Positions 9,717-18,174 of a DNA stretch of 64,000 bases are shown here, one piece after another. This DNA is from an uncultured Acidobacteriota bacterium (lineage in GTDB: Bacteria > Acidobacteriota > Thermoanaerobaculia > Multivoradales > UBA5704): NCBI GenBank assembly GCA_963770895.1, contig CAVYRF010000001.1, forward strand, positions 1,216,001 through 1,280,000. The letters are read 5' to 3'. The position numbers were made by a program, and so were the translations under genes. Under the pieces are notes generated by a model. That model had not been told where the DNA came from. It made no database searches and saw only the letters and a program-made list of their open reading frames with translations. How positions within the stretch are numbered: the stretch's first letter is position 1; every line of letters starts with the position of its first letter.

Positions 9717-9971
9717 ATGCGAACAACCGTCGACATCGTCGATCCGGTCCTGGTGGAGGTACGGCGCGAGCAGGAGCGGCAAGGCAAGACCCTGGGCGAG
9801 GTGGTGTCGGAGCTTCTGGCCGAGGGGCTGGCGGCCCGCAGCCAGCGCAGCCAGGCCGCGCCCCCGCAGACGTTGCAGTGGGTTGCCAAGGATCTGAGGT
9901 GCCGGATCGACCTGCGCGACAAGGAAGCGCTGTGGACTCTGCTCGACCATGAGGCGCTTCACGAGCCGTGA
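9717..9971 (+). CDS. RHH/CopG-type VapB antitoxin
   Basis: MRTTVDI.DPVL..VR..Q...GKTLG.VVSELLAEGL; GTGA overlap with the PIN gene. Confidence 0.85.
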   Translation: MRTTVDIVDPVLVEVRREQERQGKTLGEVVSELLAEGLAARSQRSQAAPPQTLQWVAKDLRCRIDLRDKEALWTLLDHEALHEP

Positions 9972-10405
9972 GCTTCAGCGTCGATGTCAATGTGCTGATC
10001 TACGCCTCCGACAAAGGCAGCCCTCATCATGCGACCGCCCTCGCCTTCCTTGAGGAGCGGACCGCCGGGCGCGAGATCTTCTGCATCGCCTGGATGACCG
10101 CCATGTCGTATCTCCGGATCGTCACCCACCCGGGCGTCCTGGGCTCGCCTCTCCATCCCGAAGAGGCGCTCGCGAACCTCCGTACCCTCGCCAGACTGCC
10201 GCACGTGCACATGCTTTCCGAGGAGAAGGGTTTCCTGGATGCCTACAGCGAGGTCACGGGCGGCGAGCCGCTACGCGGCAGGCTCGTACCGGACGCCCAC
10301 CTCGCCGCCATCCTCCTGCAGCACGACGTGCGCAGGCTCTACACGAACGACTCCGATTTCCGCCGCTTCTCCTTCCTCGACGTCCAGAACCCCTTCGCAG
10401 CCTGA
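9968..10405 (+). CDS. vapC: VapC PIN-domain toxin
   Basis: VDVNVLIYA, YLRIVTHP, VPDAHLAA, TNDSDFRRF..L.V.NP. Confidence 0.93.
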   Translation: MSFSVDVNVLIYASDKGSPHHATALAFLEERTAGREIFCIAWMTAMSYLRIVTHPGVLGSPLHPEEALANLRTLARLPHVHMLSEEKGFLDAYSEVTGGEPLRGRLVPDAHLAAILLQHDVRRLYTNDSDFRRFSFLDVQNPFAA

Positions 10406-10453
10406 CCCGTTACCACTCAGCCGTCTGCCGCGCAACGCCGCTTTCACGTTGAC

Positions 10454-10529
10454 GCCCCGACCGCGACGCGCCTTGCGGCGCGTGCGCGATCGCGGCCGGG
10501 GGGCGAGTGCAGTGTCTTGCCGCACCGGG
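10454..10529. repeat. About 75-bp palindromic REP-like element, copy 2
   Basis: Direct repeat of 9505-9580; again follows a vapC gene. Confidence 0.85.
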
Positions 10530-10736
10530 AGGCTGGCTGGCGGTCGGCGTCACGCCGATCCAAGGATGGCGCCGTTGCGCGACACCACTACCTAAAGGGC
10601 TTTCAGTTGCGGCGATCCGCGTTGGCAAGTCGCTTTGCTGCAGCCTTTCCCGGCCCGAGCGCAGTCGCGCCGCCAGGCGCCGCGCCCAGTCGTCGTTTTG
10701 AGCGATCATTTCTAGCCGGCAAGCGGCAATCAGCGA

Positions 10737-10994
10737 TCAGCCCTTCAGGGTCGTGGGGTCGATGCCGCGACGCTTCCAGAAGGCGCGGAAGTTCGCGTCT
10801 TCCCAGAGGTCTCTCTGCCGCTGCTCTTCTTCAATGGAGCGGTGCCGGTAGACGCCTGGGGGGAACCGCTTGGGGCAGGTGCGCTCGGCGAAGGACCAGA
10901 CGCCGGCGATGGCGTGCAGAAGCTCGGGAGTTCCCGGCTCGTGCCAGAGGGAATCTTCCATCTCTTGCAGATCGCGGAACCTGCGGACGGGCAT
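10737..10994 (-). CDS. Small hypothetical protein
   Basis: RBS ggaga; natural composition MPVRRFRDLQEMEDSLW..FPPGVYRHRSIEE. Confidence 0.7.
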   Translation of the reverse strand: MPVRRFRDLQEMEDSLWHEPGTPELLHAIAGVWSFAERTCPKRFPPGVYRHRSIEEEQRQRDLWEDANFRAFWKRRGIDPTTLKG

Positions 10995-11022
10995 CCATCG
11001 TCTCCCAGGTTGCAGCGGCGGT

Positions 11023-12873
11023 TCAGTCAGCCGGCTTGGCGGTGGCCAGGGCGTGGAGCTCGGAGAGGGAGCGGATGATGCCGCCGCGGACGACCCAGCG
11101 GAGGCGGCGGAGGTTGGCGATGTCGGCTTCGGGGTCGGCGGCGACGACCAGGAGGTCGGCCAGCTTGCCTTTCTCCAGGGTGCCCAGGTCCTTGGCGCGG
11201 CCCATGGCGGTGGCGCTGCCGCGGGTGGCGGCGACCAGGACGACGCGCGGCGGCAGGCCGGCGCGCTGCATGGCCTCCATCTCGGCGTAGACGGAGACTC
11301 CGTGGAGGGTCAGCGGGTTGCCCGCGTCGGTGCCCATGGCGATGGGGATGCCGGCGCGGTAGACCTGCATCAGGTTGGCCGCCGCGACGCTTTCGCGGTC
11401 GGCGGTGCGCTTGGCGGAGGTGGCAAGCTGCGCGGCGGTGCGCGCGGCTGTAACCGCGGCGATGTCGGGCGAGGCGGTCTCGGCCACGCGGGCCAGGGTG
11501 TCGGGATCGACGCAGCCGTTGGGATCGTCGACCGCCGGGGGCTGGTGGCTGGCGGCGCTTTCGAACATGCGCTGGTAGCCGCGCCCGACGGTGAGGGTGG
11601 GGCAGTAGAGGGTGCCCTGGCGCTTGGCCAGGTCGAGAAACTCCGCGTCGACCGCCAGGTCCCAGACGCTGTGGACCAGCAGGTGGGCACCGGAGCGCAG
11701 GGCCGCCTTGGCTTCGGCCAGGCCGGTGGCGTGGACGATGAGCGGCAGGTGGCGGAGCTTCGCTTCGTCGCCGGCCGCGGCGACCAGCGGCTCCAGCTCG
11801 GGGATCGGCTTGCTGGGGATGAACCAGACCTTGACCGCGGCGGCGCCGGCGGTTGCCAGGTAGCGCACGCCCTCGCGCGCCGCGGCTTGGTCGTGCAGGA
11901 AGATGAACTGCCGCTCGGCCGGCAGGTTGAGCCAGTGTTCGAGGGTGGAGAGCAGCGGGCCGGCGGCGGCGACGCGCGGCACGGTGGGCTCGGTTTCGGA
12001 CGATGCGGGCAGGGAGAGCGTCCACGGATAGCCGCCGACGTCAAAGACGGACGTCACGCCGGAGCACAGGTAGGTGCGGCCGAAACGCTCGGGGTGGCGG
12101 CGCAATCCGGCCTCCACCTGGTCGTACGGATGCTTGGCGCGCACGTCGATCGAATCCGGGCGGCCGTCCGCCCAGCCGGTCTGCGAAAAGTGCACGTGGG
12201 CATCGATGACGCCCGGCGTGATCCACGACCCGGACACGTCCAGGATGTTGGTGTCATACGGGATGGGGCAGGCGGAGCGCGCACCGGCGCACTCGATCTT
12301 GCCGTCCTTGATCAGCACCACGGCATCCTTGACGGGCGGCGCGCCGGTGCCGTCGAGCAGGGTGCCGCCGACCAGCGCGCGCGGCGGCGGCGAGGTGCCC
12401 GGCGGCTCCTGGAAGGCGGTGGTGACGGTGATCTTCCAGCCGGCGGCGGTCTTGACGAACAGGCGCTCCGACAGCCCCGCCACCTCCTGCGCGCCGTAGC
12501 GCACGCGGTAGCGGTAGGTGCCGTAGACCAGGCCGGGACGCAGCGCCACCAGGTGCAGGTCGCTGGCGTCGATGTGGTCGGGCCACCCCGAGCCGATGCC
12601 GGCGGCGAGCCCGGCGCGCCCCAGCTCGAAGCCGTCGGGGCCGGTGCGCGGCAGGTCGGCGGAATCCAGATAGCAATCCAGGTAGGCCTTGGCGTCGCGG
12701 TCCCGGATGGCCTGCAGGTTGGCCTGGAACACCACCCGTGCCTCCGCCACCTCGGAAGGCACCGATGCCGGCGCGGCAGGGGGCGGCGCGGTGGGCGCGG
12801 CAGGGACCTGGCCGGCGACGGCCAGCAGGCACGACAGCACCGACAGCGACACCAGCGGCAGACGCGCCTTCAT
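11023..12873 (-). CDS. Secreted amidohydrolase with an N-terminal NTF2/SnoaL-like domain
   Basis: Signal peptide from ATG 12873; PGVIDAHVH, LIVHA, LVHS, MGTDAG, GTLEKGKLADL. Confidence 0.9.
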   Translation of the reverse strand: MKARLPLVSLSVLSCLLAVAGQVPAAPTAPPPAAPASVPSEVAEARVVFQANLQAIRDRDAKAYLDCYLDSADLPRTGPDGFELGRAGLAAGIGSGWPDHIDASDLHLVALRPGLVYGTYRYRVRYGAQEVAGLSERLFVKTAAGWKITVTTAFQEPPGTSPPPRALVGGTLLDGTGAPPVKDAVVLIKDGKIECAGARSACPIPYDTNILDVSGSWITPGVIDAHVHFSQTGWADGRPDSIDVRAKHPYDQVEAGLRRHPERFGRTYLCSGVTSVFDVGGYPWTLSLPASSETEPTVPRVAAAGPLLSTLEHWLNLPAERQFIFLHDQAAAREGVRYLATAGAAAVKVWFIPSKPIPELEPLVAAAGDEAKLRHLPLIVHATGLAEAKAALRSGAHLLVHSVWDLAVDAEFLDLAKRQGTLYCPTLTVGRGYQRMFESAASHQPPAVDDPNGCVDPDTLARVAETASPDIAAVTAARTAAQLATSAKRTADRESVAAANLMQVYRAGIPIAMGTDAGNPLTLHGVSVYAEMEAMQRAGLPPRVVLVAATRGSATAMGRAKDLGTLEKGKLADLLVVAADPEADIANLRRLRWVVRGGIIRSLSELHALATAKPAD

Positions 12874-12993
12874 CGCAGCCTCCTCTTCTCGGGTTGCTCG
12901 CTGCCGCACCATAGCGGGCAACTGCCGCCCGGCGCAAGCCGGCCCGTCCCCCTGGCTGCAAGCGGTGACGGGCCGGCGGGGGAGGGTGCCCGC

Positions 12994-13716
12994 TCAATAG
13001 CGGTCGTGATGGCGGACCCAGGCCATGCCGTGGCGCAGGCCGGCTTCGTCGCGGCCCTTGGGCACCAGGTCGAGGTAGTTGTAGGCGCCGATCAGGATGT
13101 CGAGGCCGCGGGCGTACGTCGAATAGGTGTGGAAGATGGCGCCGTCCTGATCGCGGGCGAATACGCTCAGGCCGGGCGCTTCGTCGCCGGCAAAGCCGGA
13201 CGGCTCGTAGTTGTAGAGGACCTTCCCGTTCCCCTGAGCGCGGTCCTCGGGCGTGAAGGAGACGTGGAAGTCGTGGTTGAAGCTGTTGCCGGCGGACGAA
13301 ACCCACTTGAACCGCCAGCCCATGCGCTGCCGGAAGGCTTCGATCTGGGGCAGCGGGGCGTGCGACACGACGGCCAGGGTGACGTCGCGCTGCGCCAGGT
13401 GCACGACGCTGCCGTCGATGTGATCGGCGATCAGCGAGCAGCTGGGGCAGCCCTGCTCCCATCCGGCGCCGAACATGAAGTGATAGATCACCAGCTGGCT
13501 GTTGCCGGCGAACAGGTCGGCCAGGGTCTGCTTGCCATCCGGGCCGTCGAAGACGTAGGGCGTTTCGACGCGCACCCAGGGCAGCGTCCGGCGCGCGGCG
13601 CTCAGGTCGTCGCGCTGGCGCGTGAAGAGCTTCTCCTTGGCCAGCAGGTCCTTGCGGGCGGCCAGCCATTCGGCGTGCGAAACCACCGGGGGATGTTCGA
13701 TCTGCTGCTCGGGCAT
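12994..13716 (-). CDS. DUF899 thioredoxin-like protein
   Basis: VVSHAEWLAARKDLLAKEK, QLVIYHFMF..GCPSCS, HTYSTYARG, WVRHHDRY. Confidence 0.93.
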   Translation of the reverse strand: MPEQQIEHPPVVSHAEWLAARKDLLAKEKLFTRQRDDLSAARRTLPWVRVETPYVFDGPDGKQTLADLFAGNSQLVIYHFMFGAGWEQGCPSCSLIADHIDGSVVHLAQRDVTLAVVSHAPLPQIEAFRQRMGWRFKWVSSAGNSFNHDFHVSFTPEDRAQGNGKVLYNYEPSGFAGDEAPGLSVFARDQDGAIFHTYSTYARGLDILIGAYNYLDLVPKGRDEAGLRHGMAWVRHHDRY

Positions 13717-13745
13717 TGACGATCTCCTCGATGTTGGTGTGGCGG

Positions 13746-13943
13746 CTACGACGACGACGAGGGCCGCTGCGGTTCCTGGCCGCTGTCCGTCGCGGGGGAG
13801 CCGCCGGCGGCGCGGGCCATGCCCCGCTGGTGCCGCGGTCTGCGCAGGGCGCGCGCGGTCCAGCCGCCCGCCGCGGCTGCCGATGCGGCCGAAGCCAGGC
13901 CGGAAACGATCCACGCCGCATTGGCGAAGCATGCTGGGCACAT
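13746..13943 (-). CDS. Small CxxC membrane peptide
   Basis: RBS gaggagg; MCPAC followed by a hydrophobic helix; lies inside the operon. Confidence 0.6.
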   Translation of the reverse strand: MCPACFANAAWIVSGLASAASAAAAGGWTARALRRPRHQRGMARAAGGSPATDSGQEPQRPSSSS

Positions 13944-13988
13944 GGTTCCTCCTCGCGATCGGCTGGGCGGTAACGGGGCAGCGGCAGC

Positions 13989-14450
13989 TCAAGCCGGCGC
14001 TTGCGACGCCTCGGCCGCGCGGCGGGTGGCGTCCAGGATGTGGGTCCAGCCCTTGGTCACGCCCTGCTTGAAGTTGGCTGGCATGAACCCGAAGGCGGTA
14101 TGGCGAAAGGTGATCAGGGTGCCGCCGTCGACTTCGGACAGGCGGTACTGGACGTTCGAGATCACCGCGGAGGACATCGCGAGCGGCCCCGTCATCTCCA
14201 GCAGCGTCGGGCGTTTGATGGCCTGCACGACGCCCCAGAAGTGACCGTTGTCGTCGCCCAGGTCGCGGTACCACCTGCCGCCGGGACGCGCTTCGAGCTT
14301 CATCGACAGCGACTTGCCCTCCAGGGTTTCGAAGCCGGGGCCGACCTGCTCCAGGAGCGCCGCAAAGGTCGTTTCGAGCGAGGCGCGGACGTGGCTTTCC
14401 AGGGTGATCTCGAGGGTCAGGTCTTCCGTGATGGACGGACTGGCGATCAT
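13989..14450 (-). CDS. SRPBCC/AHSA1-like protein
   Basis: LEARPGGRWYRDLG..GHFWG.V..IKRP.LLE, GWTHIL; ATGA overlap with ArsR. Confidence 0.88.
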   Translation of the reverse strand: MIASPSITEDLTLEITLESHVRASLETTFAALLEQVGPGFETLEGKSLSMKLEARPGGRWYRDLGDDNGHFWGVVQAIKRPTLLEMTGPLAMSSAVISNVQYRLSEVDGGTLITFRHTAFGFMPANFKQGVTKGWTHILDATRRAAEASQAPA

Positions 14451-14836
14451 GGTTTCTCCTTTGTGTTGGGTTCGTCTGACGTGGGTTCAAGCCGGACGGG
14501 CGGCGGCCCGTCGGGGCTCATCCGTTCGGCGGTTTCCTTGATCCTGTCCAGTTGATGCCGCCAGAAGCGCTCGAACTGCCCCGCCCATTCGTGCAGCGGG
14601 CGGATCGCCTCGCCGTTGACCCGGTACAGCATCCGGCGGCCGTCGCGGCGCACGCGCACCAGCCCCACGTCGCGCAGCACCCGCAGGTGCTTGGACACGG
14701 ACGGTTGATCGGTGCCCAGCGCGGCCACGATGTCGCCCACCTGGCGCTCCGACAGCGCCAGGAAGGCCAGGATCTGGCGCCGCCGCGGTTCGGCGACGGC
14801 GTTCCAGGCATCCGAAGTGGTAGCGGCTCGCGGCAT
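14447..14836 (-). CDS. ArsR/SmtB family regulator
   Basis: MPRAATTSDAWNAVAEPRRRQIL, QPSVSKHLRVLRDVGLV..RRDGR. Confidence 0.95.
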   Translation of the reverse strand: MPRAATTSDAWNAVAEPRRRQILAFLALSERQVGDIVAALGTDQPSVSKHLRVLRDVGLVRVRRDGRRMLYRVNGEAIRPLHEWAGQFERFWRHQLDRIKETAERMSPDGPPPVRLEPTSDEPNTKEKP

Positions 14837-14845
14837 GGTCCCCAT

Positions 14846-14871
14846 TATACATGCCTATATGGGAATGTATA
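14846..14871. promoter_or_regulatory. ArsR operator palindrome
   Basis: tatacat-gcctatatggga-atgtata, an AT-rich inverted repeat just upstream of the ArsR start. Confidence 0.75.
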
Positions 14872-14930
14872 GAGGGGGGCGTGCTCCGGGCGCGCCAGGC
14901 GCGCCGCCGGCCTTGCCCTGGCGCGCCGCC

Positions 14931-16433
14931 TCAGTCGTCGGCCGGCGCGCCGTCCTTGATCACGAAGCGGGCGTCCAGGCGTGCCACCTCGGAGGCCAGC
15001 CCGGCCAGCTTGACCGAGCGCAGGACCTCCTCGAAGTCCTTGTAGGCCGCCGGCGCCTCGTCGATCGGGTAGACGCGGGTGTTGGTCAGGATGTCGCGCT
15101 CGGCGAACGAGCGGTCGACCTCCCGCTGGTCGAGCTGGCGGGCAGCCTGCTTGCGGCCGAGCGCGCGGCCGGCGCCGTGATTGACGCTGAAGCGGGCCAG
15201 CGCCGCCCCCGGATCGGCCACCATCACCGCCGAACCGGCCTGCGGGTTGCCCGGCAGCAGGATCGGATGGCCGATGGCCGCGAACGGCGTGCCCGCCAAC
15301 TCCGGGTGGCCGCCCGGAAAGGCGCGCGTGGCGCCCTTGCGGTGCACCCACATGGGCTTGCCAAGGACGCTTTCGCGCCGCGCGATGTTGTGGCTGATGA
15401 AGTACACCAGCCGCCCGGTGACGCCGGGAAAGACCACGCCGAAGGCCTCCAGCACCAGGGCATTGATCAGCAGGTGGTTGACGGTGGCGAAGTTGGCCCC
15501 CAGCGCCATGTCGTCCAGGTAGCGATCCGCCTCGGGCGTGCCGAGCGGCGCATAGACCAGCTCGCGGTCGCCCGCCGGCAGCGGCAGGTGCCAGCGCTCG
15601 AACTGTTCGCGCAGCACGCGAAACTGCCGCTGCGCCAGGTCGTGGCCGAAGCCGCGCGAGCCGCAGTGCGACAGAAACGCGACCTGGCCGTCGCGCAGGC
15701 CGAACGCCTCGGCGGCCCGCGCCGCACGCTCGCCGCCGCCCACCTTGACCACTTCGCACTCACCGAAGTGGTTGCCGCCGCCATAAGAGCCCAGCTGCTG
15801 CATCTTTTCGCCGAACTTGGCGAAGCCGCCGTCGGACCGCAGCTGGTCCAACCGGGCGCGCAGGGTGTCGGCGGTGCCGTCGTGCCCCAGGTGGTGCCAA
15901 TCCTCGCAGCGCTCCGCCCATTCGACGGGAATGCCGAGCGCGGTGCACACCGCCGCCGCGGCGCCCTCGGTCGCCACCGCCCGCCCCAGCTCCTCGTCGA
16001 CGCGGCGCGCCTTGCGCACGCTGCGCTGGCCCTTGCCGGCGCCGGTCGGCACGCGCTGACCGATCTCGTTGATCAGCGCCCGCCGCAGCCGCGGATCGGC
16101 GATCGCGTCGGCCGGCAGATCGAGCTGCAGCAAGCTCATCGAGCACTTGATGTCGACCCCCACCGGGCCGGGATAGATGTGCGTCGGCGACGTCAGCACG
16201 CAGCCGACCGGCGCCCCGTAGCCGCGGTGCGCGTCGGGATTGAGCACCAGCTCGGCGACCCCCGGCGCGCTGCGGGCGTTGATCGCCTGCTGCAGACACA
16301 CCTGGTCCAGCCCATCGCGGATCGGCGCCGTGCCGATGACCTGGATGGGAGCCAGCCGGCCATCCTGGACCGGCAGGATGGCAGTCGCTTCGCCGGTGGG
16401 GATGAGCGGCGGGACAGGGGTTTCATGGATCAC
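14931..16433 (-). CDS. rtcB: RtcB family RNA ligase
   Basis: PDAH.GYG.PVG, VGVDIKC, GGGNHF.E, HCGSRG.G, SHN, HRKGAT, HGAGR, DEAP.AYK; GTG start at 16433 after RBS ggagg. Confidence 0.93.
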   Translation of the reverse strand: MIHETPVPPLIPTGEATAILPVQDGRLAPIQVIGTAPIRDGLDQVCLQQAINARSAPGVAELVLNPDAHRGYGAPVGCVLTSPTHIYPGPVGVDIKCSMSLLQLDLPADAIADPRLRRALINEIGQRVPTGAGKGQRSVRKARRVDEELGRAVATEGAAAAVCTALGIPVEWAERCEDWHHLGHDGTADTLRARLDQLRSDGGFAKFGEKMQQLGSYGGGNHFGECEVVKVGGGERAARAAEAFGLRDGQVAFLSHCGSRGFGHDLAQRQFRVLREQFERWHLPLPAGDRELVYAPLGTPEADRYLDDMALGANFATVNHLLINALVLEAFGVVFPGVTGRLVYFISHNIARRESVLGKPMWVHRKGATRAFPGGHPELAGTPFAAIGHPILLPGNPQAGSAVMVADPGAALARFSVNHGAGRALGRKQAARQLDQREVDRSFAERDILTNTRVYPIDEAPAAYKDFEEVLRSVKLAGLASEVARLDARFVIKDGAPADD

Positions 16434-16704
16434 GGTACAGCCCTCCCAAAAACCTTTCGCAACTTGCGAAGACGCGGCACCAGGCGCGGTGGCCCGCATT
16501 CTACGGCACCCGGCCGCTGCCGCTCTCGCCGGCACGGCCGCACCGCGGCCTTCGGCCGCGTCACCCGCCAACCTGGAGTTGCGCTTGCCTGGACCGCCGG
16601 CCGGGCGGCGGGTACACTGCTGCAGGTCAAGCGGGCACAACGGAGCGACGGTGGCGCCGGCGGGGAAGCGCCAGCGCCGGCCGGGCGCGAACGGAAAGGC
16701 GACG

Positions 16705-18174
16705 ATGGCCGACGACACGCAGGCGATTTCGCGCCGGGCTCTCCTGGGCGGTCTGGCCGCCGCCACGACCACTGCGGCGGCCGCGGCGGCGGCTGGCTTT
16801 GCGCTGGCTCCGGCCGGCGCCGGTGGCGGCCCCGGCGGCGGCGGAGCGGTTGGTGCAGCTGGGGCAGTTGGGGCAGCTGGGGCGGCGGCTTCGCAGACCA
16901 CCGGCGCGACAAAAGATGAGAGCGCGCCGCGCGCCGCCGGCACGCCCGCGCCGCGGGTTGCGGTCGTCGGGGCCGGCGCCTTTGGCGCGTTTACCGCTCT
17001 CTCGCTGCGCCGGCTGGGGGCGCAGGTGACGCTGGTCGACGCGTGGGGACCGGGCAACGCGCGCGCCAGCTCGGGCGGTGAGACGCGCGTCCTGCGCGGC
17101 GTCTACGCCGACCGCATCTACGTCGAGCTGGCGGCGCGCGCCTTTGCCGCCTGGGACCAACTGGAGCGCCAGACCGGCCGCACGTTCTTCCACCCGACCG
17201 GCGCCATCTGGCTGGTTGCCGACGATTCGGACTTCGTCGCCAAGGCGGCGGAAAACCTGCGTGCCGTCGGCTTCCCCTATGCGCACCTGGATACCGCCGA
17301 AGCGGCGCGCCGCTATCCGCAGATCGCCTTTGCCGGCGTGCGCTGGGTGCTGCGCGAGGAGCGCGCCGGCTACCTGATGGCGCGCGAGGCCTGCGCCGCG
17401 GCGGCGGCGGCGCTGGTCGCAGAGGGCGGGGAGTACCGCCTGGCGAAGGTCGAACCCGGCCAGGTCGCGGCGCAGCGCATGGCGCCGCTGCGGCTGAGCG
17501 ATGGCTCGACCCTGGCGGCCGACGCTTACGTCTTTGCGTGCGGCCCCTGGCTGGGCAGCCTGTTTCCCGGCATGCTGGGCAGCCGCATCGCGCCCACCCG
17601 CCAGGAGGTGTTCTATTTTGGCGTGCCGGCGGGCGACGCGCGCTTCGAGCCGCCGGCGATGCCGGTGTGGGTCGAGGTCGGGGAGCGCCTGTTCTACGGC
17701 ATCCCCGGCAACGAGCGGCGCGGCTTCAAGGTCGCCGACGACACGCGCGGGCCGGCGTTCGACCCGACCAACGGCGAGCGCCTGGCCGGCGGCGAGGCGC
17801 TGGACCGCGCCCGGGCCCTGCTGGCGCGCCGGTTCCCGGCGCTGACCCACGCCCCGGTCGTCGAGTCGCGGGTCTGCCAATACGAAAACACCCCCGACCA
17901 CAACTTCATCCTGGACCGCCATCCGGGCGCCGCCAACGTCTGGCTGGTCGGCGGCGGCTCGGGGCACGGCTTCAAGTTCGCGCCCGCCTGGGGCCGGCAG
18001 GTCGCGGAGACGGTGCTCGGCCGGCGTCCGCTCGAACCGTTCTTCACCCTGCCGCGCCTGCAAGGGCTGGCCTGGAGCCCGCGCGACCTGCGCGGCGCCC
18101 GCACCGCCGGACCGGTGGGCGGGTCGGCCGCGCCAGGAGGGGCGCCGCCGTCGTCCACGGACGGCCAGACGTGA
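16705..18174 (+). CDS. Tat-exported FAD-dependent oxidoreductase (sarcosine oxidase/DAO family)
   Basis: SRRALL twin-arginine signal; VVGAGAFG; ASSGGETR; YENTPD.NFILD; GGSGHGFKFAP. Confidence 0.9.
   Translation: MADDTQAISRRALLGGLAAATTTAAAAAAAGFALAPAGAGGGPGGGGAVGAAGAVGAAGAAASQTTGATKDESAPRAAGTPAPRVAVVGAGAFGAFTALSLRRLGAQVTLVDAWGPGNARASSGGETRVLRGVYADRIYVELAARAFAAWDQLERQTGRTFFHPTGAIWLVADDSDFVAKAAENLRAVGFPYAHLDTAEAARRYPQIAFAGVRWVLREERAGYLMAREACAAAAAALVAEGGEYRLAKVEPGQVAAQRMAPLRLSDGSTLAADAYVFACGPWLGSLFPGMLGSRIAPTRQEVFYFGVPAGDARFEPPAMPVWVEVGERLFYGIPGNERRGFKVADDTRGPAFDPTNGERLAGGEALDRARALLARRFPALTHAPVVESRVCQYENTPDHNFILDRHPGAANVWLVGGGSGHGFKFAPAWGRQVAETVLGRRPLEPFFTLPRLQGLAWSPRDLRGARTAGPVGGSAAPGGAPPSSTDGQT

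Noticed and set aside
9505-10552. Integron attC sites
   Set aside because: No convincing RYYYAAC/GTTRRRY boxes bound the hairpins and there is no integron integrase.
10870-13719. 949-aa plus-strand ORF and similar long ORFs (14712-16919, 17694-20456, 18422-21271, 25727-27493, 38604-41273, 58834-60870)
   Set aside because: Antisense or off-frame shadows of well-supported genes in high-GC DNA; Arg/Gly/Pro-rich with no motifs.
12994-14490. 498-aa fusion ending in DUF899
   Set aside because: The upstream part is an off-frame read through the SRPBCC gene; DUF899 starts at 13716 with its own RBS.
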